64,000 nt of DNA from NCBI GenBank assembly GCA_038496445.1, contig JALMLS010000310.1:339023-403022 (forward strand), given 5' to 3'. Made by a program: the position numbers and the translations under genes. Every line of letters begins with the position of its first letter. The first letter of the stretch is position 1. Below the pieces are notes generated by a model that was not told where the DNA came from, ran no database searches, and saw only the letters and a program-made list of their open reading frames with translations. Below are positions 27,201 through 41,690 of this stretch, piece by piece. Origin of the DNA: Trichosphaerium sp. ATCC 40318. Lineage: Eukaryota; Protista; Tubulinea.

Positions 27201-27768
27201 ACTTGAACGTTATTGCTGAGTTAGTGTCCAAGAACAAGTTGCAAGAGGTAAATCCTATTTTAATTTTTTTTATGTTGTCTTCATCATAGTCTGTCTCTAA
27301 CATAATATTACAGGCGTACCCATTGTCTAAGACATTCACAACATCTCTTAAAGGGCTTGAAGATTATGTAGCAGCAGAAATACGGTACATTTTTTGAGTA
27401 AGATGAAAAGTTTGCGGGTGTTTGACATTTTTGTTTTTAGTGAAATTGAAGGAGATATGGTTTGTTGTGATTTACAACATGATGTTGTTCATGAAGTTCC
27501 TTGGCTTAGATATGGTATAATCGTTACATCTGGTATTATTGCATTCTTTATAGTACTACGGTTTACAACACCAAAGCGTAGGCCAAGGCCATTGAAGAAG
27601 GTAAGCAAGTTTCCTGCTTTTTTTTTGATAATTTGTTCCGACTATTATTGACAACTTGACGACTTTGCTTATTATTTTATTTAGGGTTCCCAATCTACTA
27701 CGTATAGTAGTGTAATGGGTGTATTCAAGAATGTTCGAAAAAGAAATACACAGCACTTTGAGCTGTAA
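24233..27768 (+). CDS. Conserved uncharacterised single-pass membrane protein (resembles plant At3g28720/At5g58100 family, from memory)
   Basis: Signal peptide; motifs RFIVIDVMAGPLFYG, GTRILPIYVFS, HHPFGPF; C-terminal TM segment YGIIVTSGIIAFFIVL followed by basic KRRPRP. Confidence 0.7.
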
Positions 27769-27998
27769 AAAAAGAAATACTTTTCTCGAATATTTAATAA
27801 ATCTTGTACAAAAAAAACCATCTCCAAAAAAAAAATTATCTTCACTTCTGGGGTAGATATTGGCGAGTGTCGTTGGTGAAATTCCATAGAATGACCGTTA
27901 AAAATCCTATTACATTTCATGTTTACCGTGCGTGTTCTGTGTCTAAGAGAATGTCGTTGACTTCGTTTTTTGTTCTACTTTTCTTGCTCTTTACAACA

Positions 27999-30437
27999 AT
28001 GCTAATTACTAAATTATTCACTGTTGTGATCTTCACTGTACTGTTAAATGTCGGTGCAGCTGATCTTCCCAATTTCGTTATGCTGTATGCCGATGATATG
28101 GGCAAGCCAGTTCGTACAATTTTTCGCTTATTTACCTTCAGGTTACGGCGACGTTGGTGTTTTTGGCTCACCTACTATCTTAACGCCAAATATTGATCGC
28201 ATGGCCTACGAGGGACTCAAACTAACCAATTTCTATACAGCATACCCTATTTGCTCTCCTTCACGAGCGTCTCTACTCACAGTAAGCGCCGGGAAAATAG
28301 TATTTTGTATTTTTTTTCTAATCACGTGCGCTTTCAGGGAAGAGTTCCAATACGTACTGGCGTCTACTCTAACAGTACGTCAGCTCTTAGTAGACAGGAG
28401 ATAAATAAATTACACCTTTCTTATGCTTGTGTAGCGACGTATCCTGAGGATTTGGTGCTCCGTGTATTTTTACCACAATCTACAGGAGGCAAGTGAAATT
28501 TACTTTGCTTTTTTTTTGGAAAGTTCTGACGTTTTAGCATAAAGGCCTCTCTCAGAAAGAAATTACTATAGCTAAGCTCCTCAAGACAAAAGGTAACTCT
28601 TAAGATTAATAATACATATATCGTGATTTATACTATTCAAAGGATATCAATCAAAGCTTATTGGAAAATGGCACCTTGGTAAATAATTTGTTTTTTTTGT
28701 TCTTCCACGTGTGCCCTATAGATTTCATTAACCAAAACCCTAGGACATTACAACTACTCGCTTCCTACTGAAGTCGGTGGATTTGACTCATTTTATGGTC
28801 TTCCTTACTCACAGGATGAAGGTTGATGAATTTACATTGTCGCAATAGATTGATTTTTTTATATTAGGTTGTCCTCCTGGATATGGAAACCCTTGTTCCT
28901 GGGTACGCGATTAATATTTCCAACGTTTTTATAACTAAACTGGGATCTTGTTTTAGTGGCAAAAGGATGTCTTGCGTGTACCTGTGCCTTTGTATGAAGA
29001 TACAAAGATAATACAACAACCAGTAGATCTTGATACATTAATGGACCGCTACAACGATCAAGCTACATCTTTCATCAGTACGTTATGCTATTACAAATAC
29101 AAAAAGTGCCATACTAGAATATTCTCGAACTGACAGAGCTATCACTCAACCATGTCTCGAGAGCCTTGATTTTTTGATTTCTTTTGACTTATAATTTTTT
29201 TACAGAATCTTCTGTTGCTTCAAAGAAACCGTTCTTTTTGTACTATGCTTATGATGAAGTTCACGTGCCACTTTTCGCATCAAAGCAATGGAAGAACAAG
29301 AGTAAACGCGGACTCTTTGGAGACGCCAGTACACATTATTTGTAAAATGAGTTTTTAGCTTATCGTTACGTAGCCATGGAGATGGATGCTTCTATTGGAA
29401 TGATTATGGATTTATTAAAAGACTTAAAAGTAGATGATAACACATTTGTATTTTTCTCATCCGATAATGGACCATGGTTGGATCAAAAGCAAGATGGCGG
29501 TTCTGCCGGACCCTTTAAAGGAGGCAAAGGTGTGTACTTGTCAAATAGCCACCCTCATTGACCTCGAGTTCTTAGGAAGTACTTATGAAGGAGGTCTCAG
29601 AGAACCAGCAATAGCTTGGTACGTTTTCGTCTGTTTTTTACCTTCATCAAAGAGTTAAGTTATCCTTTTGGTGTCTGATTTTTCTTTAATTAAGGTGGCC
29701 CGGGAAAATAAAACCAATGTCTGTTAGTTCAACTCCAACAACTACAGTACGTATCAAAAAAATGAAAAGCAATATACTAAGTATTTCGTAGATGGATTTA
29801 TTGCCTACATGGTAAATCACGTGACCATTGTTCATGTATTATAAACAATGTATTTAAATAATGTTAGGTGTGAGCTTGCTGGTGTTACACTTCCTACAGA
29901 TAGAGTCTACGATGGGTACAATTTAAAACGATTTTTCGTTTCATACTAAAAATTTCATAAGACACTCAATCACAACTACTCTCTTTGGAACCCAAGAACT
30001 ACCTTCTAGACCGCTTGTATTTTACAGAGGTGCTTACACGTACAATGTCACGATTTCTAACACCATACAAGGGAAGAACGTTTATGCAATCCGTATTGGC
30101 TCTTACAAGGTAGGAAAAACTGTTTTTTGTTTAAACTTACTCCGATTTCTTTTAGGCCCATTTTTTCACTCGCTCTGGGTTTGGTGTTGATGCACCTGTT
30201 GCGCATAATCCACCATTATTATACAATCTTGATAATGACCCTGGTGAGGCATATCCTTTGGAAGGAACAGAGTATGATGAAATCATTTCAATGATACAGA
30301 AAGCGAAAACAGAACATGAAAAAAGTGTAAAGGTTGTTCCGCCAGAACTAGACGCAATGTCAGGAGCTGAAGATGTTGAACCTTGTTGCTATGGTACTAT
30401 ATTCCCTGCTTGTACTTGCAATGTTCCTCTGTATTAA
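27999..30437 (+). CDS. Arylsulfatase (formylglycine-dependent, ARSA/GALNS-like), secreted or lysosomal
   Basis: [58 protein letters not shown]. Many micro-exons and two GC-AG introns. Confidence 0.95.
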
Positions 30438-30862
30438 GATATAAAGAAACCTATTAGTAAGCGCTCGAACATCTCTTCAACCTTTTAACTCAAATTCTTA
30501 TCCAGAAATTAAAACACTGTACCATCTTTTAACATAGTGTCCCCATAAGTGAAAAGAAAGTAGTAGTTATGGGTGTCATATATATGACTCTTCAAATAAC
30601 GTTCGTAACAAAAGTCTTAGTATCGGCAACAAGCCACATAGTAAACCTTTTGCCAATACATAAAGTAGATGGTGACATAAAACGAACGGGATGCACAGTG
30701 TAAAAAAACTTTTTGTTTTCATTAGTTCAAGTGATAGTATCATTATGTCTTTTTCAGCTATTTATTACATAGTTTGTTACGGTGTTCCATCTTCTTGCAA
30801 GGTTACAGGATTCATACTGAATCAGTAACCTGCTAGTTGGCTTTTTTCTTCTTTACTTCTGT

Positions 30863-33592
30863 TTAAACATCGTGGATGCCATCCTCTTCGCCCTGTGCTG
30901 ACGTGATGAGCTCACTATTACGTTTCTTTAATATTTTCTTTAGTTTGTCTGATTTCTCTGGTTCTGACTTCATAGAAGACAATGGTTCTGCTTTTTTACC
31001 ACTTGAAGTTGTGTCTGAAGTGGACACTTTACCCATACTTTCAAATATCGCCTTACCAATTGGCTACAATTGTACATCATGAGCAGAGGTAGTTATGTAT
31101 TTGGTATCAAAGACGTACACGCCATGATTCCACATGTAGATTGAGTGTAAAGAAGAATATGATGCGGTTCAAAATTGGACATAGCCAAACCAAAATAGGA
31201 ACAATGAAAGGAACTGGTTTCTGAACAAAAACAATGAACATTGATACGCTGCAAAGTAAGTAAAATACGTACTATATGTTTTTCTGCACAATTACCCATG
31301 CTTGTAATCTCACATCCTAACGCATCGATCACATCTTGACCTTGTATCTCAACTTGACTTTTTGCTGAAAAAAAAACAATCAGTAAGAAAGTAGATTCTT
31401 TCTTGTATCTGGCTAACTGTGGTACGTACTGTACCAATATGATATAAAGAAAGGTAATAAAGATACTGCGTATGAAATAGATATTATGAGAGTTCGATAA
31501 TACGCTTGACGCTGTCGCTTGTGTCGGAAAACTTTGGCTTTTCTGCCTTGCTATTCAAATAATAAGCAAAGTAGTTTACACTCCTTAAACAAGGCACGGT
31601 ACATACAGCACCAATTAAGTATGCTAGGCTACCCAATACAAGACAAGCTAATAGCCATACTACAAAAAAAGGATAGAATCCTAGAAGTTCAAAGGTAAGG
31701 AACTCAGTGTCTGCTAGTCCAATTAACACTGAAGGCCTGTTTTGCGAAAAAAGGTTAAAACAACAATTGACTCATTGGTTGCGTACTGTGGTGCTAAAAG
31801 CGCGAATCCGAGTTTTCCTAGCCCCGCAGTTATGATAGGAAATATAAGAGGCGGTATGAGGGAAGTCGTATGGACGATAATCTTGTGTTTCATTGTAGAC
31901 AATGGGCGCAAGGTTTTGTAAACATAAATAAGAGCCAATCCCATCCAAACAATATAAATATCGGCCGCTAGCGAAGCCCACAGATGTATGAAGGCTTTAT
32001 TGTTGAAGTCAGTATAACACATATGTGAGTATATGGTGGTTCGAAGGTGCACGTGCCTACTATTGCGATGTATGGTGAATTTTTTTGACTTTTTAGCTCA
32101 GTATTGCTATGGCAAGCGTAGTTCATGTACTCACCAAAAAAAGTTGAGACACATGTAGGCAACAGGAGTACAACAGTCACTAGCGCAAATTATTAATAAT
32201 GACGGCTTTCATATTAGCCATCTAGAAGAAAGCGCAATTTAAGGCATTGATCATATGAATTAAACACGTGACGTACGCATGAGGTAAATATATTTGAGAT
32301 TATAAGGGAACATAAATATCTGCTCCTTTGACGTAATAACCCAAGAAGTCAACGCAAGGATACACAATAGCATCATAACCCAAGAAAGAGCGAGATATAC
32401 AGCCCATAATCTTTGAAGCCATTCTTCTGGGTATTGAAAATCCGGGCACATCAATCTGGAAATCACGTGTAAGTAACGCGTATTCTATACTCAAATATGA
32501 AAGTAGTCGTTCGTACTGGCATACATCTCCATTATTCTCAGACGCCAAAAAAGGTGGCGGGCAGTACTTACGGTTCTTTTCGCTGATTGGAGCTGCATTG
32601 GTGCAGTTGACTTGGATGCCAAAAAAATCATATCCTGTCTCTGGGTACGCCTCAAGCTTTGAAATATCGTCTCTAAAAGAACAATTGGGCAACGTGAACT
32701 CTACAGCCGTCTAAATCATTACTTAGTAATTATATTTGTCACGTGAAAGGCAGGTAGGTAATGTTTCAACAAAAAACCAAAGTAAGTGCTTTTGAAAACG
32801 AAACTAAGCGCACCAGTGCTGGTAAATCGCTTGCACATATATCCAGAAAATCAGTACAATCCTTCTTACATACTGGAGTTGCTAGTGAAAGTGTGAATGG
32901 TATAAGAGTTTTTGAAGGTAGTTCCCTTTTTTTTGAGACCGTTATTATAACGTACCTACAGGTAAATCACCAAAAAGAGTTGTAATATTGTAACAAGGTC
33001 TGAAGAAATCTTGGCAATAAAGCGACATTACAGCTGATTTGCATGCTGGATCCCTAACGATAATTGTAGAACTAGGAGATGCACTTAGTTTATTCGGTTT
33101 TTTCGAATATTACGGTTTAATCCCTGACAACCAAGTGCTATGTAAATCAAGACCATTTCAAAAGAATTTCTGTTCTTTCACAAATAAAATCGTAGCTTCC
33201 CTTTTATCGCAATCATACAGGTTAGATTTTAGGTAGGCTTTTTTTTTTTGGTCTACAAAATAAATCACGTGTTTTTTGATTAAAACTTTTTGCCATTCTT
33301 TTTTTTTTTTTGTTATTATAACGTACGTTTTTATGGCTATATCAGCGAGTGTGTAAAGTTCTTGCGTCGTATTGAGTATGTTTAAAAAACCCTCGCCATC
33401 TTTGATATAATCTTCACAAATCTGTACAGAACCGCCGGTATAAGACGCACACACTACATAGTTACAACAAGGGTAAGTTTTATAATTTTTAAATTAATAT
33501 TAAAAAATATTAGATCAGCACGCACCTTGAGCGTGTACTTGTATCGAGACGCAAGCGATTATAATACAGGCAGCATATAAGATACGAGCCAT
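30863..33592 (-). CDS. Frizzled/Smoothened-like (class F) GPCR, copy 1
   Basis: Signal peptide, Cys-rich domain (CASY..C..PAC..YCQDFFRPC..VCKKDCTDFLDIC..LPNC), CPPPF linker, about 7 hydrophobic segments, Ser/Lys-rich tail. Confidence 0.85.
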
Positions 33593-33973
33593 CCGAAAGC
33601 AGTCGGTTGTGAGTTAAAATGCTGTTGACATTAAGCCACAAACCGCCTGTTGCGGAGATTTGACGTATTTTGTACAATACATGATCATGATGTTATCGAA
33701 CTTACTGCAGTTTTGTTTTGATCATGAACAAGTTCTATTGTTAACATTCATTGCTAGGCGACAACAAGGTACACTAAGTTTCTGAAACATGGATACAATC
33801 CGTTGGTTGTAATTCACTTTATAAATGGGTGATTCGATGGTTCAAAAAGACGTTATCAAACTCTGATACTAGTCTTTTACTACATTTAGTTGTTCTTGTA
33901 AGTGGATTCGAGAGAAAGTCTATTAACATAAAAATACAAACCAATTTTTTTTTTTCGCGCTTGTTGCCTTTTG

Positions 33974-36567
33974 TTAAACGTCGTGAATGGTGTCCTCCTC
34001 ACCCTGTGCTGACATGATGAGCTTACTATCGGTTTTCTTCAATATTTTCTTTAGTTTGTCTGATTTCTCTGGTTCTGACTTCATAGAAGACAATGGTTCT
34101 GCTTTTTTACCACTTGAAGTTGTGTCTGAAGTGGACACTTTACCCATACTATCAAATATCGCCTTACCAATTGGCTACAATTGTATATCATGAGAATAGG
34201 TAGTTATGTATTTGGTATCTAAGACGTACGCGCCATGACTCCACATGTAGATTGAGTGCAAAGAAAAATAGGATGCGGTTCAAAATTGGTAATATCCAAA
34301 CCAAAACAGGAACAATGAAAGGAACTGGCCTCTTAACAAGTATGGATAGTTAATAAAAAAGCTGGGGATATAAATATGTACCAAATGTTCTTCACAGTTT
34401 CCCGTGCTCGTGACCTCACAGGCTAACGCATCGAACGTACTCTGGCGCTGTACCTCAACTTGGCTTTTTGCTGAAAAAAAAAACCAAACAGTTAGAAAGT
34501 AGATGCTTGAATATGATACGTACTGTACCAATATGATGCAAAGAAAGGTATCAAAGATAAAGTGTATGATATAGATATTATAATAGTTCGATAATATGCT
34601 TGACGCTGCCGCTTGTGTCGGAAAACTTTGGCTTTTCTACCTTGCTAAAAACAGAAAACTGGTTAGACTTCTTGAACAAAAACCGTCGCGTACTGCTCCT
34701 ACTAAGTACGCGAGGGCACTTAATACAAAACATGCTAATAGCCAAACTATGAAAAAGGGATAGAAAGTAAGCGCTTCGAAGGCAACGAAGTCAGTAGTTT
34801 CAACAACAATTAGAACTGTGGGCCTGTATAAAACTTGTTATACAAAATACGATAATAGAGTATAGTTGCCGTACTGTGGTGATAGAAGAGAGAATCCAAG
34901 TTTTCCAATTCCTGCAGCTATTATTGCTAGTATCAAAGGTGGTACAAGGGCCGTTGTATGAACGATAATCCTGTGTTTCAACGTAGATAATGGGTGCAAG
35001 GTTTTGTAAACATAAATAAGAGCCAATCCCATCCAAACAATATAAATATCGGCCGCTAGCGAAGCCCACATATACACAAATGCTAATGAGATGTTAATCA
35101 TGGTGTTTAAAAAGGGACTGCATATAAAAGTACACGTGCCAACTATTGAAATGTAAACAGAATTTTCTTGCTGTTTTAGTTGCGTATTATTGTGGCAAGC
35201 GTAGTTCTTGTACTCTCCAAAAAACGTCGAAACACATACTGGCACCAAGTAGACTACTGTCACTAAACAGTGGATCAATAATTACGCTGGAAATGATCAT
35301 GTGAATTGAACACGTGACGCACCCATGAGGTAAATATATTTGAGATTATAAGGGAACATAAATACCTGCTCCTTTGATGTAATGACCCAAGATATTAAAG
35401 CGACAATACTCAATATCATCATGACCCATGCAAGCGTAAGATATGCAATCCATAGACCTTGAATCCATGATTCAGGATGTTGAAAATCTGGGCACTCCAA
35501 TCTTCACGTGTTAGCACGTGTTAAAACTTAATGAATCGTACAAACAAATATCTCCGTTATCTGATGCAATGAGAGGTGGCGGGCAGTACTTGCGGTTTTT
35601 ATCGCTGATTGGAGCGGCATTGGTGCAGTTGACTCGTATGCCAAAAAAATCATATTCTGTCTCTGGGTACGCCTCAAGGTCAAAAGTAGCGTCTCTAAAT
35701 GAGCAATTGGGTATTACAAAGTCTATAGAGTCCTGTAGCATTCATTAGTGCTTTGAGGTCAGAAATAAAGACCACAAAAACTAGTTGAAGTTTTGCAAAC
35801 ACGCACCAACCCTGGCATATCGCTTGAACATACGTCTAGAAAATTAAGGCAATCTTTCTTACATACTGGAGTTGCTAGCGCAAGTGTGAATGGAGTTTAA
35901 GAGTTTTAGAATTGAAGGTAGTTCCCTTTTATTAGACGGAAAAACTAGTTTTTATAACGTACCTACAGGTAAATCACCAAAAAGAGTTGTAATATTGTAA
36001 CAAGGTCTGAAGAAATCTTGGCAAAATAGGGACATCACAGATGATTTACATGCTGGATCCTTAACCACAATCGTAGACCTAGGGTAATGTAATTACTAGC
36101 TTCCTTTTGCGGTTGAACAATCCAGTTATTGGCGAATAATTTCTGTTCCTTCACAAATAAGATCGTAGCGTTTATTTTACCGCAACCGATGCAGATTTGA
36201 TTTTAAACCACTCCTCGTTTTTTTGGAGTGGTGATATTTTTTTTCGCCATAATAAATCACGTGATTTAATAAAGAGGTGCGTAGATTTAGATCTTTAATG
36301 CTTTACGTACGCTTTTATAGTTATGTCAGCGAGTACGTAAAGTTCTTGCGTCGTATTGAGTATGTTTAAGAAACCTTCGCCATCTTTGATATAATCTTCA
36401 CAAATCTGTACAGAACCGCCGGTATAAGACGTACACACTACATAGTTACAATAAGGGTAAGTTTTGTAATTGTTTGTTTAAAAATCTGGAATGCACGCAC
36501 CTTGAGCGTGAACTTGTATCGAGACGCAAACGATTATAATACAGGCAGCAGATACGATATAATTCAT
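33974..36567 (-). CDS. Frizzled/Smoothened-like (class F) GPCR, copy 2 (tandem paralog)
   Basis: Same exon order and motifs as copy 1; ATG 36567 MNYIVSAACIIIVCVSIQVHAQ; several blocks nearly identical in DNA. Confidence 0.85.
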
Positions 36568-37002
36568 GGGATGGCGTGCTCAGTTGTAAGTCAAAAACTA
36601 TAATTAAGCCAACACAAACCGCCTTTTGCGGAGATTCAATATTTCGAGTACCTTTTTCATCTCAACTACCATTTAGACCGCCGTGTATTAAATTATGGCC
36701 TCGACTTTCCAAACAAACAGCGATGACATAACAATTGCACATGATTGGCCTTTGTCTATTGCTGTAATGTAAATGGAAGTTGTCCTATTTTGTCTTTTGT
36801 CAACTAGCACTTGTAGCAACTCGCTCACTTACTTATTTAAGTAACTCTTGCATATTTTGCTCTTAACGAAGAGTTAGTACTATTCTTGATATCGTTCTTT
36901 GTTGGTCATGCTGTGCATGATATCTCCATTTTTACTGTACTAGTAGCACTGATACCATTTCAGAATACAAGTGAATTTATTATTCTATTAATTAGAATTA
37001 CA

Positions 37003-38373
37003 CTACGATAAAATTTTAAGTTCTTGTTCCGTGTTATATTTCTGATTTTCAATTTCAGGGTACAACCTAAACAATCATCAGTCTCAAAACTTCAAAGGTT
37101 ACGGAGAAATGGTCAAACAAAACCCAATTAACTTACTTAAAGGCACGCTTATAAAAGCCTATAGCTTTCATCGCTTGACCTGATCTCTCTAGTTCCTCTG
37201 CTTCAATAATAAGCTTCTCTGCTTGCTTACGAAGTGTGCTATCTTCTGAATCATCTTCCTTTATCTTTTTATACATGCCTTAAAAACTCGTCAATAGGAG
37301 CTTGTGCGTTTAGTTTCTTAGCCTTACAATCACTTCTCATCAAATATTTAAGCCCTTTACCAAGTTCTTGACCGCAGTGAAGTAATGAATGATCAAATAC
37401 AAGAAGCATACCTTCATAAAGAAAATAAAAATTAAAAAGGAAAATAAGCAGAATAAAATAAGATCAATACCTGGTACTGGTTGTATCTTTTTTACAACGC
37501 TTCCATCATCAGAAATAAAGTTCGTAGAACCACTCTTAAGTAATAGTCAATATATAAATATAATCAAGCGACATCAGGGCGTACATCAGGGTTATCACTG
37601 AGATATATCATAAATGTTAGAAAAGATCTTTCATTCGAAGATCTCTGAAAGAATCCATCGCGATGTGTGCCAAAGGCTTGGCCTTGAGTGTATCTACAAA
37701 ATCGCAACCTAGAATAGCAGATTATGTGAGTAACAAATGACGCTAAACTATCACTATTTACCTATTATTGAGACCAATCTTTTCCCAAACGCCTCCTGGC
37801 CTCTTCACTTGCAAAGTGGTCGGTAAAAAACCTTTAAAAAGAAGAATGTCAACAAGAGAAGAAGATAGACGCCCAAGGGAATGTGTAGGAGAAACATGGG
37901 CGAATCGGTTTAAAAAGTTTCGTAACCAACCTTTAATACGCTCGTAAAGTATAGAACACATCTCCTCATCATCGATTATAACGCGCCAATTAGATCTATA
38001 TGACTTTTGATACCCTGTGAGCTCCTTAAACCCTATTTGGTTTTAGTTTACCAAATTGCGCATTTAACGCTCTATACCTGCTGACTCGGCCGCTGAAATT
38101 ATATTTTGAACTTCAGAAGGTGATAAAACGTTAAACAGTTGAAATGCTATTTTAGTTTCGTCATTAAACACATCAACGCGCTTAATACAATCTATCTGTG
38201 ATGTGGAGTTGGTTTTAAGCTCTTTCAAGAGCGCTAGAATTAGTTTTAGACAAACTACACTACAATGACGTATAAAGACCTTGACGCTTGTTGTCTTAGC
38301 GTAAAAGGTCATAATACGTACGTGACCAGTTTATCGATACGACGTTGAGAAGCTCTGCTTCTTTTTGCTCCAT
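37003..38373 (-). CDS. 2OG-Fe(II) oxygenase (prolyl-4-hydroxylase-like) with C-terminal TPR/MIT-like helix pair
   Basis: LFNVLSPSEVQ, YRSNWR, GLNNRLRFCRY..FGTHRDG (HxD), TFMIYL, LLVFDHSLLHCG, KYLMRSD; tail AEELERSGQAMKAIGFYKRAFKLYPEIE. Confidence 0.88.
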
Positions 38374-38806
38374 TGTAGTCTTATGTATTTGTATGTTAAT
38401 GGTAAAAAAGCACGAAATAGTTTTACGTTCAATGAAGCGAAGGTTACTTTCATGTCTTGAAATAAAAGTCGAACAAATGTCGAAGTGATATTGAACTGTT
38501 CGCCACAAAGGGAGACAACTGGATTATGGTGCTCAGTCGCCACTAGGCTCTGCCCCCAAACCCTAAAAGGGGGCTTTTTAAATAGTTCCAATGACATAAT
38601 ATATTTAGGATAAATAGTGACTTGTTTTTGATAAAATTCTACATATTTGGGCTTCCGAGCGAAGGTACACGAATTCATCAGTTTGGAGTGCCGTTATTCA
38701 TACAACAGGTATCCAAGAACGCTCAACAGTTTAAAGTATTATGATTTAGATATACTCTTGTGCGCACATGCTTTTACTAAGGTGACATATTTAGGTACAC
38801 TTTCTG

Positions 38807-39016
38807 TTATTGTACCAGCACATCCTTGATATTATTCATGATTTTGTTGGGTACAAAGAGATTCACCTCAAACAACAGTACAAGGGTATTATGAACAATG
38901 CCATAGTTTGTATGGACTTCAGCATATTGAGCAACAGAAAGTAAATCTTTAGCATCCACAAAATGTAAAATATTTGAAATGATTTCAGTAGGACAACAAT
39001 TGATATTCTTCTTCAT
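38807..39016 (-). pseudogene. F-box fragment (truncated or degenerate)
   Basis: INCCPTEIISNILHFVDAKDLLSVAQ matches the F-box pattern; stops follow and I could not find a good continuation. Confidence 0.45.
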
Positions 39017-39388
39017 TTTTTGTTCTTTATGAAGCTCATACTCCTTTTAAATATTACCTCGTGACATGAAAGTTAAAAAATAGAGTATGGGTTTATACTA
39101 GTTCAACAACATTGTTTAAATCAAAAAACTGGAGGCAAACGATTCCCAATGGCGAATGCGATAATATTCAAGACTAAGGCTTTGGATGTTGTACTTTACT
39201 AGCGTGTCAAATGTTGTCCATCACTACCATCGCTTTACCACATTGGCTTCAATTAAGATGGTTTGTTTTTCACTAGTTTGCAGACTTCCGTTTGTGCTTA
39301 TGTGCTGTCACATGATATCGCAAAAAACAGAATAAGTTTATTGCAGCAGCTTTATTGGTTAATCAAGCTAATATTACACTATTTTGTT

Positions 39389-41598
39389 TTAGTTTTGCTT
39401 AAAATAATCCATCATTGATTTCCTTTTTGGATGGGAAACATTGTATAAAGCATCTGTAGGCACCTAGAATCACAAGATTAGCAAAAACTTTTTAGTAAAA
39501 ATTGGAAAGAAAAACCCAATTTCCATTGTTGAATTGTTTGACTTGCCACTATATTCTTCTCACTACCATAAATAGTTTGCATGTTTTCAGTAGCGTTTGA
39601 TTGTGCAATAGATAAACCAGATAAACAGTAGCAAGTATGATAAAAGTCTCTTCTCCTAGAAAAACAAAACTTTAATAACACCATAAATAAAAATGAAAAA
39701 AACTGGAGTTAGAAGTACAACGTACACATCTGGTTTATCTCTAAGTCCTCCTCTAGGGTCCTTGTATATACATTAGGTAAAATACAGACAATTAAAAAAG
39801 TGAGTTGTCACATAGTGACAGAAATGATTAAAACCAAAAAAAGTTAAACGCACTTGACAGCAATGATTAAAAGCAAAAAAAAGTTCAAATTGCGCACTTA
39901 CAGACAGCACGTTAAGGTCAAAAAAAAAAAAACGTCAGCACGTTAGAAGACAATTTAATGACAAACAATCGATGTTTACCTGACAGCAGAATAAAATATA
40001 CTCCTGAAGAGCAATCTGATCGAATATATACTGTCCTAATCCACTTTTAAATTCCCCTGTCCCTTTATTCGCTTGATCCAAAGCGCTAAAAAGTATAGGA
40101 TGTGTAGCCCCTTAAAGAAAAAAACAATCAATTACAAAACCTTGTACTTGAGCAAAAGAAAAAATCTCTTTCCGCAAAATACTCATCATACCTTGCCAGA
40201 AAGAGTAGCATCCATCTACAAGCTTATTTGTGCGACCTTGAAACCCACCTTCCAATCTCATTTGCCTAGAAACAGCCCAATACTGCGTATAAATCATTAA
40301 TAAAGTCTACAAAAAAGTAGATACAAAATGAAAAAAAAAACTTACAGCTAGGCGATCAATGTCTAATACATCAGTTTTTCCTAGTATAGCCAGAGCAGCG
40401 ATACCACAATAGGTATATCCTCCATGGGCTTCATTCATTGGCGCACCACCTATACCTCCATCCCAAGACTGACATCTAAATTAGAGTAAGCAGATAACCT
40501 TTGAGAGTTTTGTTTAAATTGAGATACAACTGATACTTACGATGCAATATATTCTGCTACACCTTCAGTTAATTCAGGTGTTAGCGCATTCAAGTATGAA
40601 GCGATAACCATTGCGCAATAAGTAGCTCTAGAATCAAGTTAAACGAAAAAAATAAAAAAAATCACTTTAGTAGATTAACATACCTTACGTCAGCTTCTCC
40701 ATCCACATGCATACAAAAACCACCTCCAGGTACCCGTAATCTACAAGTGTGGGTTAAATAAACTGACCTCCTTGATTCAGTAAAAGATTACAAAGTACTT
40801 TTTGAGCCAATCTAGCATCGCTTCTCTAATTCATCGTAAGTCACCACTACACATCGTACAAGTACGTTTTTTGTTGTTTCACTTACCTGTCAATGGAGTC
40901 GTAAGCTTCTTTAGTACCAATAATAGCAAGAGTAGAAATCTACAATCTAGATTTAACAGAAAAACGTGACAAGTGTGAGAAATTTGATTAAATTTAATCC
41001 AAAGTTCTCATCAACGTACCGCAGCATACGACGGTGCAAGATGACCAAGTTGAATCGGACCACCGCCGTAACCGCCATCTACTCCTTTACACGCCTTAAT
41101 AGTGGAAACAACGCTAGTATGATATTAAAAAACAGTTATTACGTACATTTTCAAAAAATAGACTGGTTAGCCATGTGATGACATTCAGTGAGCCCGAAAA
41201 GCTTCTTTAAAGTACCGTTTTCCTGTCTCTTCATCGGGTAACGCATCTAGAAGCTCTAAACTATGTACAATCCAGAATACGATCCAAGGCTTCTGTGCGT
41301 CAAGCTGTGAAAACCCCCTGGCGTCGTGGTGTTAGTTAACGTGTTGAATACTATTTGCGCACGATGGGAGAGATTTAAGACCAGTATTTAAATATTTAAC
41401 GTGATTGGCCTTATCCAAAGTCACCCTGAGCATTTTATCAGAGTTTGTACTAAATGAGTTTTTTTTGTACTCCTTTGCGAATAATTTGCTCCTAAATATC
41501 CTAGATACCGTGTCTTCTATCTTTGCTTGCTCCCTAGAAGAATGTGTAGATAAACCGTCATCCGTTGACATCTTTGAGCGAGGTAGAAATGACGCCAT
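39389..41598 (-). CDS. FNTB: Protein farnesyltransferase beta subunit
   Basis: LDAQKPWIVFWIVHSLELL, GGYGGGPIQLGHLAPSYAA, EAHGGYTYCG, EGGFQGRTNKLVDGCYSFWQ, RDFYHTCYCLSGLS. Confidence 0.95.
39817..39950. repeat. Degenerate ~40-bp tandem repeat (about 3 units) inside an FNTB intron
   Basis: Units gacagaaatgattaaaacc-A7-gttaaacgcactt, gacagcaatgattaaaagc-A8-gttcaaattgcgcactta, gacagcacgttaaggtc-A-run. Confidence 0.5.
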
Positions 41599-41690
41599 AG
41601 TGATGTAAGCGGACGCTTGTTGGCGGTCGTTGTTGTTATGGCAATTCAATAAAAGTCAGTTACTCCCAAAACAAAAGGCACATCCCTTTC

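Noticed and set aside
36207-36232. Hairpin accactcc..ggagtggt resembling a terminator
   Set aside because: An 8-bp stem inside a eukaryotic intron, absent from the paralog; compatible with chance.
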